Source of the DNA: Raphidiopsis brookii D9
Lineage (GTDB): Bacteria; Cyanobacteriota; Cyanobacteriia; Cyanobacteriales; Nostocaceae
NCBI GenBank assembly: GCA_000175855.1
Contig: ACYB01000036.1
Location: 30,001-62,000, forward strand
DNA length: 32,000 nt
Reading direction: 5' to 3'
Shown here: positions 22,516 through 32,000 of the stretch, in pieces
Position numbering within the stretch: the first letter of the stretch is position 1
How the letters are laid out: each line of letters begins with the position of its first letter
Notes under the pieces: generated by a model
Told to the model about the DNA's origin: nothing
The model's input: only the letters and a program-made list of their open reading frames with translations
Database searches by the model: none
Program-made: the position numbers and the translations under genes

Positions 22516-22774
22516 CCTCTCTCCCGAATAAATTGCGATCTTGCCTTTGTTCACGCTGCCAAACAACTGGATCAGCAATTTCTGCAAAAGGATTTAACGC
22601 CACCGCCTGCGCCAATGCTTGCGCCAAAACTTCCCGCCTTGCTTGGTTTGAAGTGATAGGCCTTTTTTTTCGTGCTTTTTGTTCTAGGTAAACAGCATAA
22701 TTCAGTAACTCCGCTTGCGATGATATCGGTAGAGCGGCAGCATGGTGTTGAATTTGTTGCAAAATAGGGTTCAT
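22505..22774 (-). CDS. Putative antitoxin partner of the PIN toxin (DUF2281-like)
   Basis: MNPILQQIQHHAAALPISSQAELLNYAVYLEQKARKKR..; its 3' end overlaps the toxin start codon, the usual antitoxin-toxin arrangement. Listed ORF extends upstream to 22921. Confidence 0.6.
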   Translation of the reverse strand: MNPILQQIQHHAAALPISSQAELLNYAVYLEQKARKKRPITSNQARREVLAQALAQAVALNPFAEIADPVVWQREQRQDRNLFGREDAD

Positions 22775-22880
22775 AGCTCCTGTCGTTTGTCTAGTACCGG
22801 CGATATCTATATTACTGCTCAACAGGAAGCAGGTAAATAACACTCCTCTATGTTGTTGCTTTAGCACGGGGAGTGTCAAC

Positions 22881-22914
22881 TGTAGTATCTTTACAGATGT
22901 AGTATCTTTACAGA
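22881..22914. repeat. Two perfect 17-bp tandem copies
   Basis: TGTAGTATCTTTACAGA TGTAGTATCTTTACAGA, spanning the stop codon of the FkbM-family gene and lying upstream of the toxin-antitoxin pair. Confidence 0.8.
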
Positions 22915-23708
22915 CTGGCATGAGTGTCGTACCATGGCTCCTTAAGATTGAGTGTTTCTATGAGCATCCTACCCAGAGGATATCTATAAATAATCCCCTG
23001 TACGCCCAATATTTTATAGAACCAGAAAATGCGTTTGTAGATATTAATTGCTGCTCTTTCTGAAAGCCAATGACCGGGTGTTTCTTCTCCAAATAATCCA
23101 CTAGCACCAAATTCAAATTGATGTTCAATGTAATTGCCTTCTCTTGCGGGATATGGGCAAATTTGTTGTGCAGTTTTCTCTTGGTTAATAACTTTAAATT
23201 TCTGATAACCGAGTTCTTTTAAGAGCTTAAATTCTTCCAACAGGCTACTCCACGAAGTTTTGACTGATTCTATGGAAATAAACTGTGGCTTAGTATCAAA
23301 GTGTTTGAGCGCCTGAACGCATAATATATCTGAACCTTCAATATCAACTTTTAGATAATAGGGAATGCCAAAGTCTTGTAAAATATTTTCAAATCTAGCC
23401 CCTTGTACAGTAATAGCCTCCGATTTGGTACCCAGAATTTCATTGCGAACAACAAAATCTGAAGAAGTTGTCCCCCAAATACTTTTGTCTAGGTTGGTAT
23501 AGAAGGTAATTTCGCCATCTTGGGGGGCGATTGCTACATTGAGGAGTTGAAGTTGACCATTATCTATATATGATTGTAGTTTATTTTTTGTTGCTTCATA
23601 AATTTGGGGGTTGGCTTCTATACCCACCACTCGAAAACCTTTTTTTAAATAGTATTCGGTATCTTCACCCTGATGAACACCAACATCTATTATTAAATTT
23701 TTATCCAT
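22908..23708 (-). CDS. FkbM-family methyltransferase
   Basis: LIIDVGVHQGEDTEYYLKKGFRVVGIEANP..; YYLKVDIEGSDILCVQAL. Confidence 0.85.
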   Translation of the reverse strand: MDKNLIIDVGVHQGEDTEYYLKKGFRVVGIEANPQIYEATKNKLQSYIDNGQLQLLNVAIAPQDGEITFYTNLDKSIWGTTSSDFVVRNEILGTKSEAITVQGARFENILQDFGIPYYLKVDIEGSDILCVQALKHFDTKPQFISIESVKTSWSSLLEEFKLLKELGYQKFKVINQEKTAQQICPYPAREGNYIEHQFEFGASGLFGEETPGHWLSERAAINIYKRIFWFYKILGVQGIIYRYPLGRMLIETLNLKEPWYDTHASL

Positions 23709-23884
23709 AGATAATAAGTTTTCCTAATCGTTCTCCCAAGCATACTCCTCCATATTAACCCATTACCTCGTTGCTGTCTACCTAATCCAGCGCAATCGCA
23801 CTGCACTCCCTGTGATCGCTCTTCCCGTACCACCGCATCCCCAAAATTAATATAATGGGGGAGTCCTACCTGAATTTAAAGATA

Positions 23885-24736
23885 ATGGTCACCACTTTAA
23901 AACCAGTTTCCACCCTACCAACACAGGACGAATTACCTTGCGATGATGGAGTGCCAATGGAGACTCAACGTCACAAAATGCAAATAGAAATCCTGATAGA
24001 AACCCTAGGTCCATGGTTAAAGAATCGCGAAGATGGCTACATTGGTGGCAATATGTTTGTATACTTTAGTGCCAATGAAATCAAAACAGAAGATTTTAAA
24101 GGACCAGACTTTTTTGCGGTATTGGGAGTACCAAAGGGAGAGCGGAAAAGTTGGGTGGTATGGCAAGAAGGAAAAAGTCCAGATGTGATTATAGAGCTGT
24201 TATCAGAGAGTACAGCCAAAACAGATAAGATAACCAAGAAAAAAATCTACCAGGAGCAAATAAGGGTACCAGAGTATTTTTGGTATGACCCCTTTGACCC
24301 AGAAGACTGGCAAGGGTTTGGGCTAAGGGATGGAGTTTACGAACCATTGGAGCGGATAGATGGGATGTATGAAAGCAAGCAGATGCAATTAAAGCTAGTG
24401 CGGTGGGAAGGGGATTATGAAGAGGTAAATGCGGTATGGCTAAGGTGGGCAACTTTAGAAGGAGAACTGCTACCAACCCGGTCAGAGATAATAGAACAGG
24501 AACGATTAGCTAAAGAACAAGCAGAAGCTTTAGTTATTCAGGAACGCCAACAAAGGGAGATAGCAGAAACCCTAGCTATTCAAGAACGCCAACAAAAGGA
24601 GGTAGCAGAAGCCCTGGCTATTCAAGAACGCCAACAAAAGGAGGTAGCAGAAGCCCTAGCTATTCAAGAACGTGAGAAGAAGGAAAAATTAGCTGCCCAC
24701 TTGCGCGCTCTTGGCATCAACCCAGATGAGATTTAA
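23885..24736 (+). CDS. Uma2-family (DUF820) PD-(D/E)XK nuclease-like protein with a C-terminal repeat coiled coil
   Basis: PDFFAVLGVPKGERKSWVVWQEGKSPDVIIELLSESTAKTDKITKKKIYQEQIRVPEYFWYDP is typical of Uma2 proteins. Confidence 0.88.
   Translation: MVTTLKPVSTLPTQDELPCDDGVPMETQRHKMQIEILIETLGPWLKNREDGYIGGNMFVYFSANEIKTEDFKGPDFFAVLGVPKGERKSWVVWQEGKSPDVIIELLSESTAKTDKITKKKIYQEQIRVPEYFWYDPFDPEDWQGFGLRDGVYEPLERIDGMYESKQMQLKLVRWEGDYEEVNAVWLRWATLEGELLPTRSEIIEQERLAKEQAEALVIQERQQREIAETLAIQERQQKEVAEALAIQERQQKEVAEALAIQEREKKEKLAAHLRALGINPDEI
24536..24703 (+). repeat. 42-nt (14-aa) in-frame tandem repeat, four units, the last degenerate
   Basis: Units start at 24536, 24578, 24620 and 24662 and encode (V/A)IQERQQ(K/R)E(V/I)AEAL. 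Units 2 and 3 differ at one base. Confidence 0.85.
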
Positions 24737-24809
24737 AGGCGTTGCACTCACACGGGATGATGTATAATAAGGGGAAGAATTTTTAGCAGGCGATCGCACG
24801 AAGCTCTCG

Positions 24810-24971
24810 CTATAGATAATCGTTCTTTACCCCTAAAATTTTCCCTATAGGACTATCTCCTAGTCCTAATCTTTGACGTTCTTGATTAGCGATCGCCTCG
24901 GCAGTGACTTGAACAGGCATTCCACTGACATTGTATTCCGGTGGATATTTTCGAGGAAGGGGTGATTTCAT
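24810..24971 (-). CDS. Short ORF or gene remnant (53 aa) not in the ORF track
   Basis: MKSPLPRKYPPEYNVSGMPVQVTAEAIANQERQRLGLGDSPIGKILGVKNDYL*, overlapping the end of an upstream open fragment ..KKADGIIKQLEELCQNYLELE*. Confidence 0.4.
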   Translation of the reverse strand: MKSPLPRKYPPEYNVSGMPVQVTAEAIANQERQRLGLGDSPIGKILGVKNDYL

Positions 24972-25168
24972 TATTTATTCTAATTCGAGGTAATTTTGGC
25001 ATAATTCCTCCAATTGCTTAATAATCCCATCGGCTTTTTTCAAAACTCACACATACCTTAATTAATACAACGGTGTCAAAATAACCCAGTTAATAATGTC
25101 CCTGTTTAATGTAATAGGAACTGAGACTGAAAACTAACTTTGGCTTTAATAAAAACGGGTGAAGCTAT

Positions 25169-28100
25169 CTATAAGTGGGCAAGTTTTTTTATGTTCTCTC
25201 TCCATTCCTCGTTGTATTTCAATACCAGTACTTGGTACTTTGTCTCCCTCCTCACCTTTTCTCTCTTTCTTTTGTCTTCTCTTTTCTGCTCTTCTGTGTC
25301 ATGCACAGACCCATCACAAAAAATGGCAATTTTGTCTATGTATACAAAGTCTGCTTCACAATCAGTCCCTGGTATTAAAAATTGCGCAGCATCGGGCATT
25401 CTATATCCTCTTTCGTAAATCTCTTTTATCACTTCCCTCTCTAACTCAGATCTCCTATCCGTCTGTAAATACAGTGTTTCAAATTCTTTCTCTCTGTCCA
25501 TCTCCCTTTCTCTCTCTAAATAACTCTCCTTAATCTCTTCTAACAGTTCTTTTATTAAATGTCGGTTGATTAAGTTATGCTCATTCTGATTTCTATAAGA
25601 AAGCAGGCACTGGTAACAAGCATAAACACAATCCTCTTTCGGTTCGTAAAAATGACAAATGTCTAGTGCTTTCTCCGCTATTTTATTCAGGTGTTGTTTA
25701 TCTTGTAAAATCTGGGATAAAACTCCCGCTCCCCCCTCCGCAGCTTCCCAAAATAGTAGATATTTACCATTCCCCATTTTTTCTGAGTCTAGTTCATTCG
25801 GTTCTAAGTTATAATGCTCTTGTATTCCTCTCTCTAAAGCATATTGCAGGCTTGTCATTATTGTCTCTGTGTCTTCTCTATTCTCACTTTTCCCCTGGTC
25901 TATGGTGTCTATTTTTGATTCCTCTGCTTCTTTAATTAATTCAATAATTAATATGTTACAAGTAATATTCACCATCAGAAAAATGTCACTTTTGGTTGTA
26001 GTGCTATTTTTCCCTATTTCTTCTTTATTCTCTTCATTCTCATTACTTATCCATTTGCCTGTTTGCGTATCTAAACAAAATCCTTGGTCTTTCTTTTTTG
26101 CTGACCCTCTATTAATTCTCGATATGCTCGCTGTCGCTCCATAAGTCAGTTTTAACAGATTCTTCCCCTCTTTGGTTTTTATTATTACCGTCTTTTTGTT
26201 CCCTTCACTATAACAAAAATGAGTGGTTATGTTATATCCATATTTTAATCTCTCTTCTTCATCACAAGTAATTCTTTGCTTTTTCTGAGTATATACTGTA
26301 TCCATGGATAGAATTTGATTAACTTTAGCACGTTCATTTTTATCTGAGTATGCTTTAATATCTCTTTCGCAATTTTCACACCAGTCTTTAGTATCAATAT
26401 TATAAATATAACCACAGTTAAAGCATACTGTTGCTCTCTGATATTGATTTTCTATACCACCGAGGATTTTACTCCTGGAGATCATGAATTTATCCCCCTC
26501 ATGATAAATTATGTTCCGAGGAGCAAATTCTCTCAGAGCAACCGAACGCAGTCGAGAAATAAATTCACCCCCTGTTGGTTATTAATAAACGCCCGCACCG
26601 GTAAACGGGGAAAATTAAACCCTGGTAAAAATCCCTCAGCAGCAAAGTAACGATAGGGATAAAATTCATTTTGTTGATTATTTCTACTGTTCCCCCCTAT
26701 TAATAATTCCATCTGTCTTTTTGCCTCCTTTTCCTGTCTTTCATAGTCATCTGCTTCTGTTTTCCCTTGTAAATACTTATCCCTTTTTTTTGTCGCTTCT
26801 TCTAATTGTGCTTTTGCACTTTGGTAAAGTTTTCTCCACCTTTCACAGTGTTGATTAAACGCACTAGGTGCATTTTCTATAATCCCTTCTACCCAGTCTT
26901 TTATATACCAGTTGGTCTGTCTCAAGTCTTCTTGACAAAACTCGTCCGCTAAAATTTCCTCACAGGCTTTCACACAACTCTCAAATTTACTTACCTGCCT
27001 AAACTCATCACCACTCTTTCTGTCGTGATTATTAAACTCACTTACAGTCTTCCTAAGATTTATTCTTTCTATTATGTCATCCCGAAGTGGATAGTCCTTA
27101 TCTCCCAGTTCTAAAATATTGGTCATAGAATCCCCCAAATATATTCCCGTATGAGCTAACCATATAGAATAAATGTGGGATTTAATTAAATCTTCATTGC
27201 CTAGTTCTATTTTTGGCGGTGCTACTATACCAGATACCATTTGGGATTGTCTATGAAAAAAGTATTGGTCATGTCCACTACTATTGGAAGCATAAGTAAT
27301 TACTAAGGCTTCTTGTCCACTTCTCCCTGCTCTTCCACTTCTCTGTGCATAATTAGCTGGATTAGGTGGAACATTACGTAAATGTACCACACTTAAATCA
27401 GAAATATCTATTCCTAATTCCATTGTAGGTGAGCAAAACAAACTCCCTAAAATCCCCTGTCTAAATTTCTCTTCCCGCTCCTGACGCACTTGACTAGAAA
27501 CCTGTCCCGTATGTTCTCTACCCTCTATTGTTTGAATCTCTCTAGCATGATTCTGGTAGAAGTTTTGAAAGAAACTGTTAACCGTAATTTTATTTGGTTC
27601 TGTATCTTTTAATCCCTTAAATGATAGAATATCTACCGGAATTTCTGCCTTTTGGGCAGATTTCCAAATCAAACAGTCAACTCGCAATTGTATTTCTAAC
27701 GGCGTTAAATCCGAGTTAGAGTTAGCCTTACTTTTTTTCGTTAAAATTCCAACATTAATTAAAGCAAGAATTAAACACCTAATTAAATCATTGTACTCAG
27801 ATTCACATAAATCCGTACTACGACCAGACCAGTTATCACAGGAACGTAAAAACTTACCCAATTTACTGTAAGCAGTCAGTTTTACCCTAGTTTCATCATT
27901 GGTTTGCTTAGAAGTAGAATCACCAGTTTTGTTTAGCACTGCCCACCTAGCCATCTTCGGCTTTTCATCAGGCTCAAAAGCCCATGGATCCTTTATAGCT
28001 TGATTAACATTTCGTACCAGACTATCCTGTTTATCCCTCTGCAATAAAATTGCATCCATAGCCAATTCCCTTCTTAAAAGGTCCAGTAGCACAACACAGG

Positions 28101-30414
28101 CCTTGTATCTTTCAGAAAAACTAGCTTCTAAAAGAACAACATGGCTATGCTTTTGCCAAACCTCCTTGTTACGACAAGCCTCCTCTAGTCCATCATATTC
28201 AATCTCTAACAGTCCACATTGCTCCAAATTCGGTTGTACAATTCGCCATCCCCGTCGCAAGTCTTGGTATAGTCGATACTCTATTAATTGGGCAAAAGCA
28301 TTTTCATTTCTTCTTCTACCATTGTCAAACTCCACCACCTCCTTAGCGTAGTCACCTTGAGACAGATTCATTTGCTTAATTACAGCAGAAACTAGACTTC
28401 CGTGCCTTAGTTCCCCCTCCGCTTGCAGAGCACCTAACAAAGCACCCCTTAAAAAACTGGTTTGAACAAAATCATTAAAATGTCCTGCTTGTAAAGAAGC
28501 ATCTTGACGATTATCAGTAAAACTCAGGATTTTAGCAGCTTTCGCCTTTTCCCCTTTGAAAATGCTTTTCAACCGGGTAACAGTGGATAAACATAAGAGC
28601 GTAGTTGCCGTACTTCTTCCTTCACTGCTTAAACTAGATAGTTTAGAAAACTCATTCTTATGACCAGAATGAAAAGTTCCACAATGTAAACAAAACCTAA
28701 AAGGGTGAGGAACAAACCAACAGGTATTCCCCTCTAGCAGGGAACCTATCTTCCCAGATGGTAATATTTGCAGTGATTGGGGGACAAAACGTTCATAATC
28801 TTTTTTTATTTCCCTTCCCCTCCTTTTCGTTTCTTTGAACCAGCTATCGGGTAATTTTTCTCGGTCCTGTGGATCATGCCAAAGATTAGGTCGATTTAGG
28901 ATTAGGTAACCTGAGATTTTTGGGTCCTCCGAAACCTCATCATCAAAACTACGGGGGAAAATGCCTTCATTTGGTAAGTAATTAACCAAGTAATAATCCT
29001 GTCCACATTCCCGGCAAAACACTAGGGGAAAAAGTAGCCGATTTTCAGTGGTGGAATATTGACCATCAAGGGTTAAAACTCGATACTCGGGATTTTCAAT
29101 AGTAGAGTACACATTTCCCGCTTGTGAGATAAATTGATGCAATCGAAAAGTTAATCCTTTCACCCTACTTCCCCATAAAAACATCTCTTGAATGATGTCT
29201 AAACAAGTCTCTTGAGGAATTTGTGTTTCGTCAGCTAAAAGTTTGGCTCCTGCTTCTAAAGTAATAGGCGTACGTCTTACTAACACATGTCGTTTATTCT
29301 CTTGTTTATCTTCTTCTTTTCCCCTCTCTAATGTGTGTTCTAATACTTCATCTAGTCCAAAAGTTGTTTCCATCCAATAGCTGAGGGGATGAGCCTTAAA
29401 CTCTTCTATAGTTTGCTGTGAAGTTTCTGATAATCCTTCAATAATGCTAGTACGTAACTCTTCAACCGTAGGTTTATGTCTGACTATAGAGCGTTGTAAA
29501 GATTCAGTGATGACATTTTGTTGGAGAATTTGTTTACCGAATATTTTACTGGCTACATTAGCTACTACTTGACGACGACTCACAAGAGAGTTTTCCGTAG
29601 ACATAGTAGCACTAGTACCAATATATAATAAATCTTGACCACAGCGCTGGCGTAACTTACGGATAAGAATAGCCACATCAGCACCTTGACGACCTCGATA
29701 GGTATGTAATTCATCAAGGACCAGAAATTTTAAGTGAGGGGAACTGACTAATTTTTCTTCATGCGTGCGAGAGAGCATCAGTTCCAGCATTACATAATTA
29801 GTCAGGAGGATGTGGGGGGGATTATTTTGGATTTCATTCTTGGTTTGTAAACTTTCTTGTCCCGTATATTTAGCAATGCGGATAGGGGAATTGGGTACAT
29901 TAGCAAGAAACTTATTTAATTCTTCCTCTTGGGAATTAATTAGAGCATTCATAGGATAAACTAGAATTGCCCTCACACCTTTTATTTCAGGATTATGGAG
30001 CAAATCATTAAATATAGGAACAATATAAGTCATACTTTTCCCCGAACCCGTTCCCGTTGTTAACACATAGGATTGACAAGTTTGTGCCACCTCAAAAGCC
30101 CGTTTTTGGTGGAAATGAAAATGAAAAGGTTGGTTATTTTTAGAGAAATAGGCAATACACTCAGGATGGAGGAGACCTTTATCTACCAATTCAACTACTG
30201 TTGCTCCTGGTGTATATTGGGGATTTAGTTGTAGTAAGGGAGAATTCCAAAATTTTCCACTAGTTAGTTCCTGATTGACAAATTCTTCAACTCGTTGATC
30301 CTGAATTTTTAAAAAACTTTTTATGTAGCGGTGATAGTCATCAACTATCTCTTGACGGAATTGAAAAATATCTAGAAAGTTAGGGAAATAGTGAGGGTGG
30401 TTCATTGATTTCAT
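25169..30414 (-). pseudogene. Large DEAD/DEAH-box helicase with DUF1998 cysteine cluster (COG1205-like) and C-terminal Vsr-like nuclease domain, split by a 1-nt frameshift at the C-run 26568-26572
   Basis: VLTTGTGSGKSMTYIVPIF, FLVLDELHTYRGRQGAD, YIGTSATMS, NPANYAQRSGRAGRSGQEALVITY; CHFYEPKEDCVYACYQCLLSYRNQNEHNLINRHLI. One added G yields RAFINNQQGGEFISRLRSVALREFAPRNIIYHEGDKFMISRSKILGG, which joins the 1293-aa and 438-aa ORFs. Confidence 0.88.
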
Positions 30415-30463
30415 TATTGGGTAATAGGGGTGGTTTTGGGTTTATTAAAGGGAAGGGAGAGGT

Positions 30464-32000
30464 TTAAAACAACCTATCCCAGGCTTGTAAAATCAACCGT
30501 TGAGTTTTATACTCACCATACATTTTCAGCTCATTATTTTTAAGCACTCTAAAAGACTCACTGGGAAAATCAGAACCGTAGATATCCGTAGGGTCTAGAA
30601 TGTAACGCATTTCATCACGAGAAAGATTATGGAGTTTACCATAATAAGCATCTAATTCAGCCCTAATTAAGGCTCTTCTCTCTATGTTCCAAAAAAAAGG
30701 TTCACCCTCATATCCCATCTCCAGAGCAAAAGGACGCATATCCCAGGTTGTGTATACTAATTCTAATACCCGGGGAGTAATATATTCTATATCTTTTTGG
30801 GTGTATCTTTCTGGGGGAATTATTGGTAGTTGTTTAACTATGAAAAAGTTAAGATGGGTGCTACCAACTTTTTGGCGGGTTACATAATCAAATACTAAGC
30901 TACTAAGATTAGCCACTAAACAAGAAACTAAACTAGTTTTTTCTAAAATTATTATTGGTGCACTATTACCAACCCCAACCCTAGGTAACAAACTAAAAAT
31001 AGCGGTACGTTGATCAGTTGCACGACAGATATCTCTAAATGCTAAAAACCAACTGTGATCCCACTTTCCTGCTAACTTCTGGTCAACTTCTGTTTTATCA
31101 ACCCAATACCGTGGGAAACAAACAAAAGAAGGATCTTTCTTTTCGTCCTCTGTTAAATCTCTCATATCTCCACTGGAGGTATAAGTTCCCCACCGGTGAT
31201 CAAACTGGTGAAACATCTTAGCTTCATATAATGGCACTAAACTATCACCCTTCTCATTTTTAAATACTCCACTATCATTTGCCATGTCAAACATCCTCAT
31301 AAATGAAATTCCCCAGGGGTTAATTCCCGTCTTTTCATTTTCTATTACCGGTAGTTGGTGGTAGATTTTTTTTGTTAATTGTGCATCCTCACTAGTTCTA
31401 AATACTGGACATGTTAACGTGTTGGGGTTAATTAGAGCAATTTCTTCTGCTTTTAAGTTAAATACTCTGTTTTTTTCTTCCAGTTGTTTCGTTCTACTCA
31501 AGAAAAATCCAAATCTGCTTTCTTCCGTTCTTCTCTTACTTATACCTAGTAAACAAAATTTATAACTGCGATGAACAGCTATAAATATTGCTTCTCTATT
31601 TTCAAAGTCATAAAGACTCGCCAAATGCTGTTGTTTAACCAAATCACCAAAAACATTTTACAAGTGTCATCTGTAGCAATACCAGTCGGTACTATTATTC
31701 CCACCCTTCCATCTTCCTTGATTAAATTTCTCGCTGTTTCCGCAAAAATTGAGTAAGTATTAACATCACCCACAGCAGTTAAAGGGAATCTCCCTGACTC
31801 CCGAATAAATTTATTTTGGGCTTCCGCATCATGACTCGCCTGTTCAAATTCTTGAGCCAGTTGGGGATTTTTTTGGGGTAATTCCTTAATCAGTTTCTCC
31901 CTAGCTGCCTTATTCTTTGCTGTAGCTATTTCATTGCTCCGTGATGCAAAAAATTCTTTCTGCTGGATTTTTATTCTCTCCCAGGGGGATTACCTAATAC
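30464..32000 (-). pseudogene. Eco57I-like class I N6-adenine DNA methyltransferase, C-terminal part, with two 1-nt frameshifts (31649-31653 and 31984-31988); N-terminus beyond the window
   Basis: Reconstructed frame: [107 protein letters not shown]..; downstream NFFIVKQLPIIPPE target-recognition-type region. Confidence 0.82.

Larger units (their letters stand above)
1351..24896. repeat. HIP1 octamer GCGATCGC, dispersed copies (13 seen by eye)
   Basis: Copies start at 1351, 4002, 5354, 11638, 12916, 14114, 17207, 18115, 19258, 19335, 20628, 24790 and 24889. Confidence 0.8.

Noticed and set aside
24189-24476. Antisense ORF opposite the Uma2 gene
   Set aside because: Low-complexity composition and complete overlap with a well-supported Uma2 coding frame; same logic applied to 24037-24237.
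25140-25935. Plus-strand ORFs rich in Ser/Leu/Phe/Cys (25140-25418, 25159-25533, 25666-25935)
   Set aside because: Mirror of the Glu/Lys/Arg-rich C-terminal helicase coding strand; typical antisense artefacts.
1-32000. Possible CRISPR array accompanying the CARF genes
   Set aside because: No regularly spaced repeat-spacer pattern of 20-40 nt units was found by eye in any intergenic region; the only tandem repeats are the 2x17 bp and the 42-nt coding repeat.
19168-32000. Transposase or integrase genes as island boundary markers
   Set aside because: None of the ORFs carries recognisable transposase/integrase motifs; mobility is inferred only from gene content and is not supported by direct evidence.
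1-32000. tRNA or rRNA genes
   Set aside because: No cloverleaf-like GTTCRANNC-bearing segment or rRNA core sequence was recognised by eye; a tRNAscan-SE/Infernal run would be needed to be sure.

Overview
This 32 kb window is from a low-GC cyanobacterium with HIP1 (GCGATCGC) sites. Gene content fits a Nostocales genome of the Raphidiopsis/Cylindrospermopsis type (inference). About 1-19.2 kb is mostly housekeeping: the 3' part of mnmG, a sensor histidine kinase, cysE, a DUF3352-like protein, a rhodanese, hrcA, a methyltransferase, a sulfur/persulfide cluster (TauE/SafE, rhodanese, MBL dioxygenase, ArsR), hemA, a class II FBPase/SBPase, tadA, plsC, a furin-like S8 protease, BolA and Grx4. From about 19.4 kb the window looks like an accessory/defence region. 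It holds a minus-strand pair of CARF proteins with no visible cas10, Cas6 or CRISPR array: a Csx1/TM1812-like CARF-HEPN with an intact Rx4H motif, and an APE2256-type CARF whose C-terminus looks RelE-like (CARF-RelE, Cami1-like). Next come a truncated PIN toxin with its antitoxin, an FkbM methyltransferase, a Uma2 nuclease with a repeat-expanded coiled coil, and a two-gene locus made of an Eco57I-like N6-adenine methyltransferase and a ~1750-aa COG1205/DUF1998 helicase with a Vsr-like tail. At least six genes or gene regions are broken by apparent single-base deletions in homopolymer runs. Two of these fall in the methyltransferase, one inside its NPPW catalytic motif, and one in the helicase. 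Real decay, phase variation and sequencing error cannot be separated from this sequence alone. All family assignments were made by reading motifs, with no database search.
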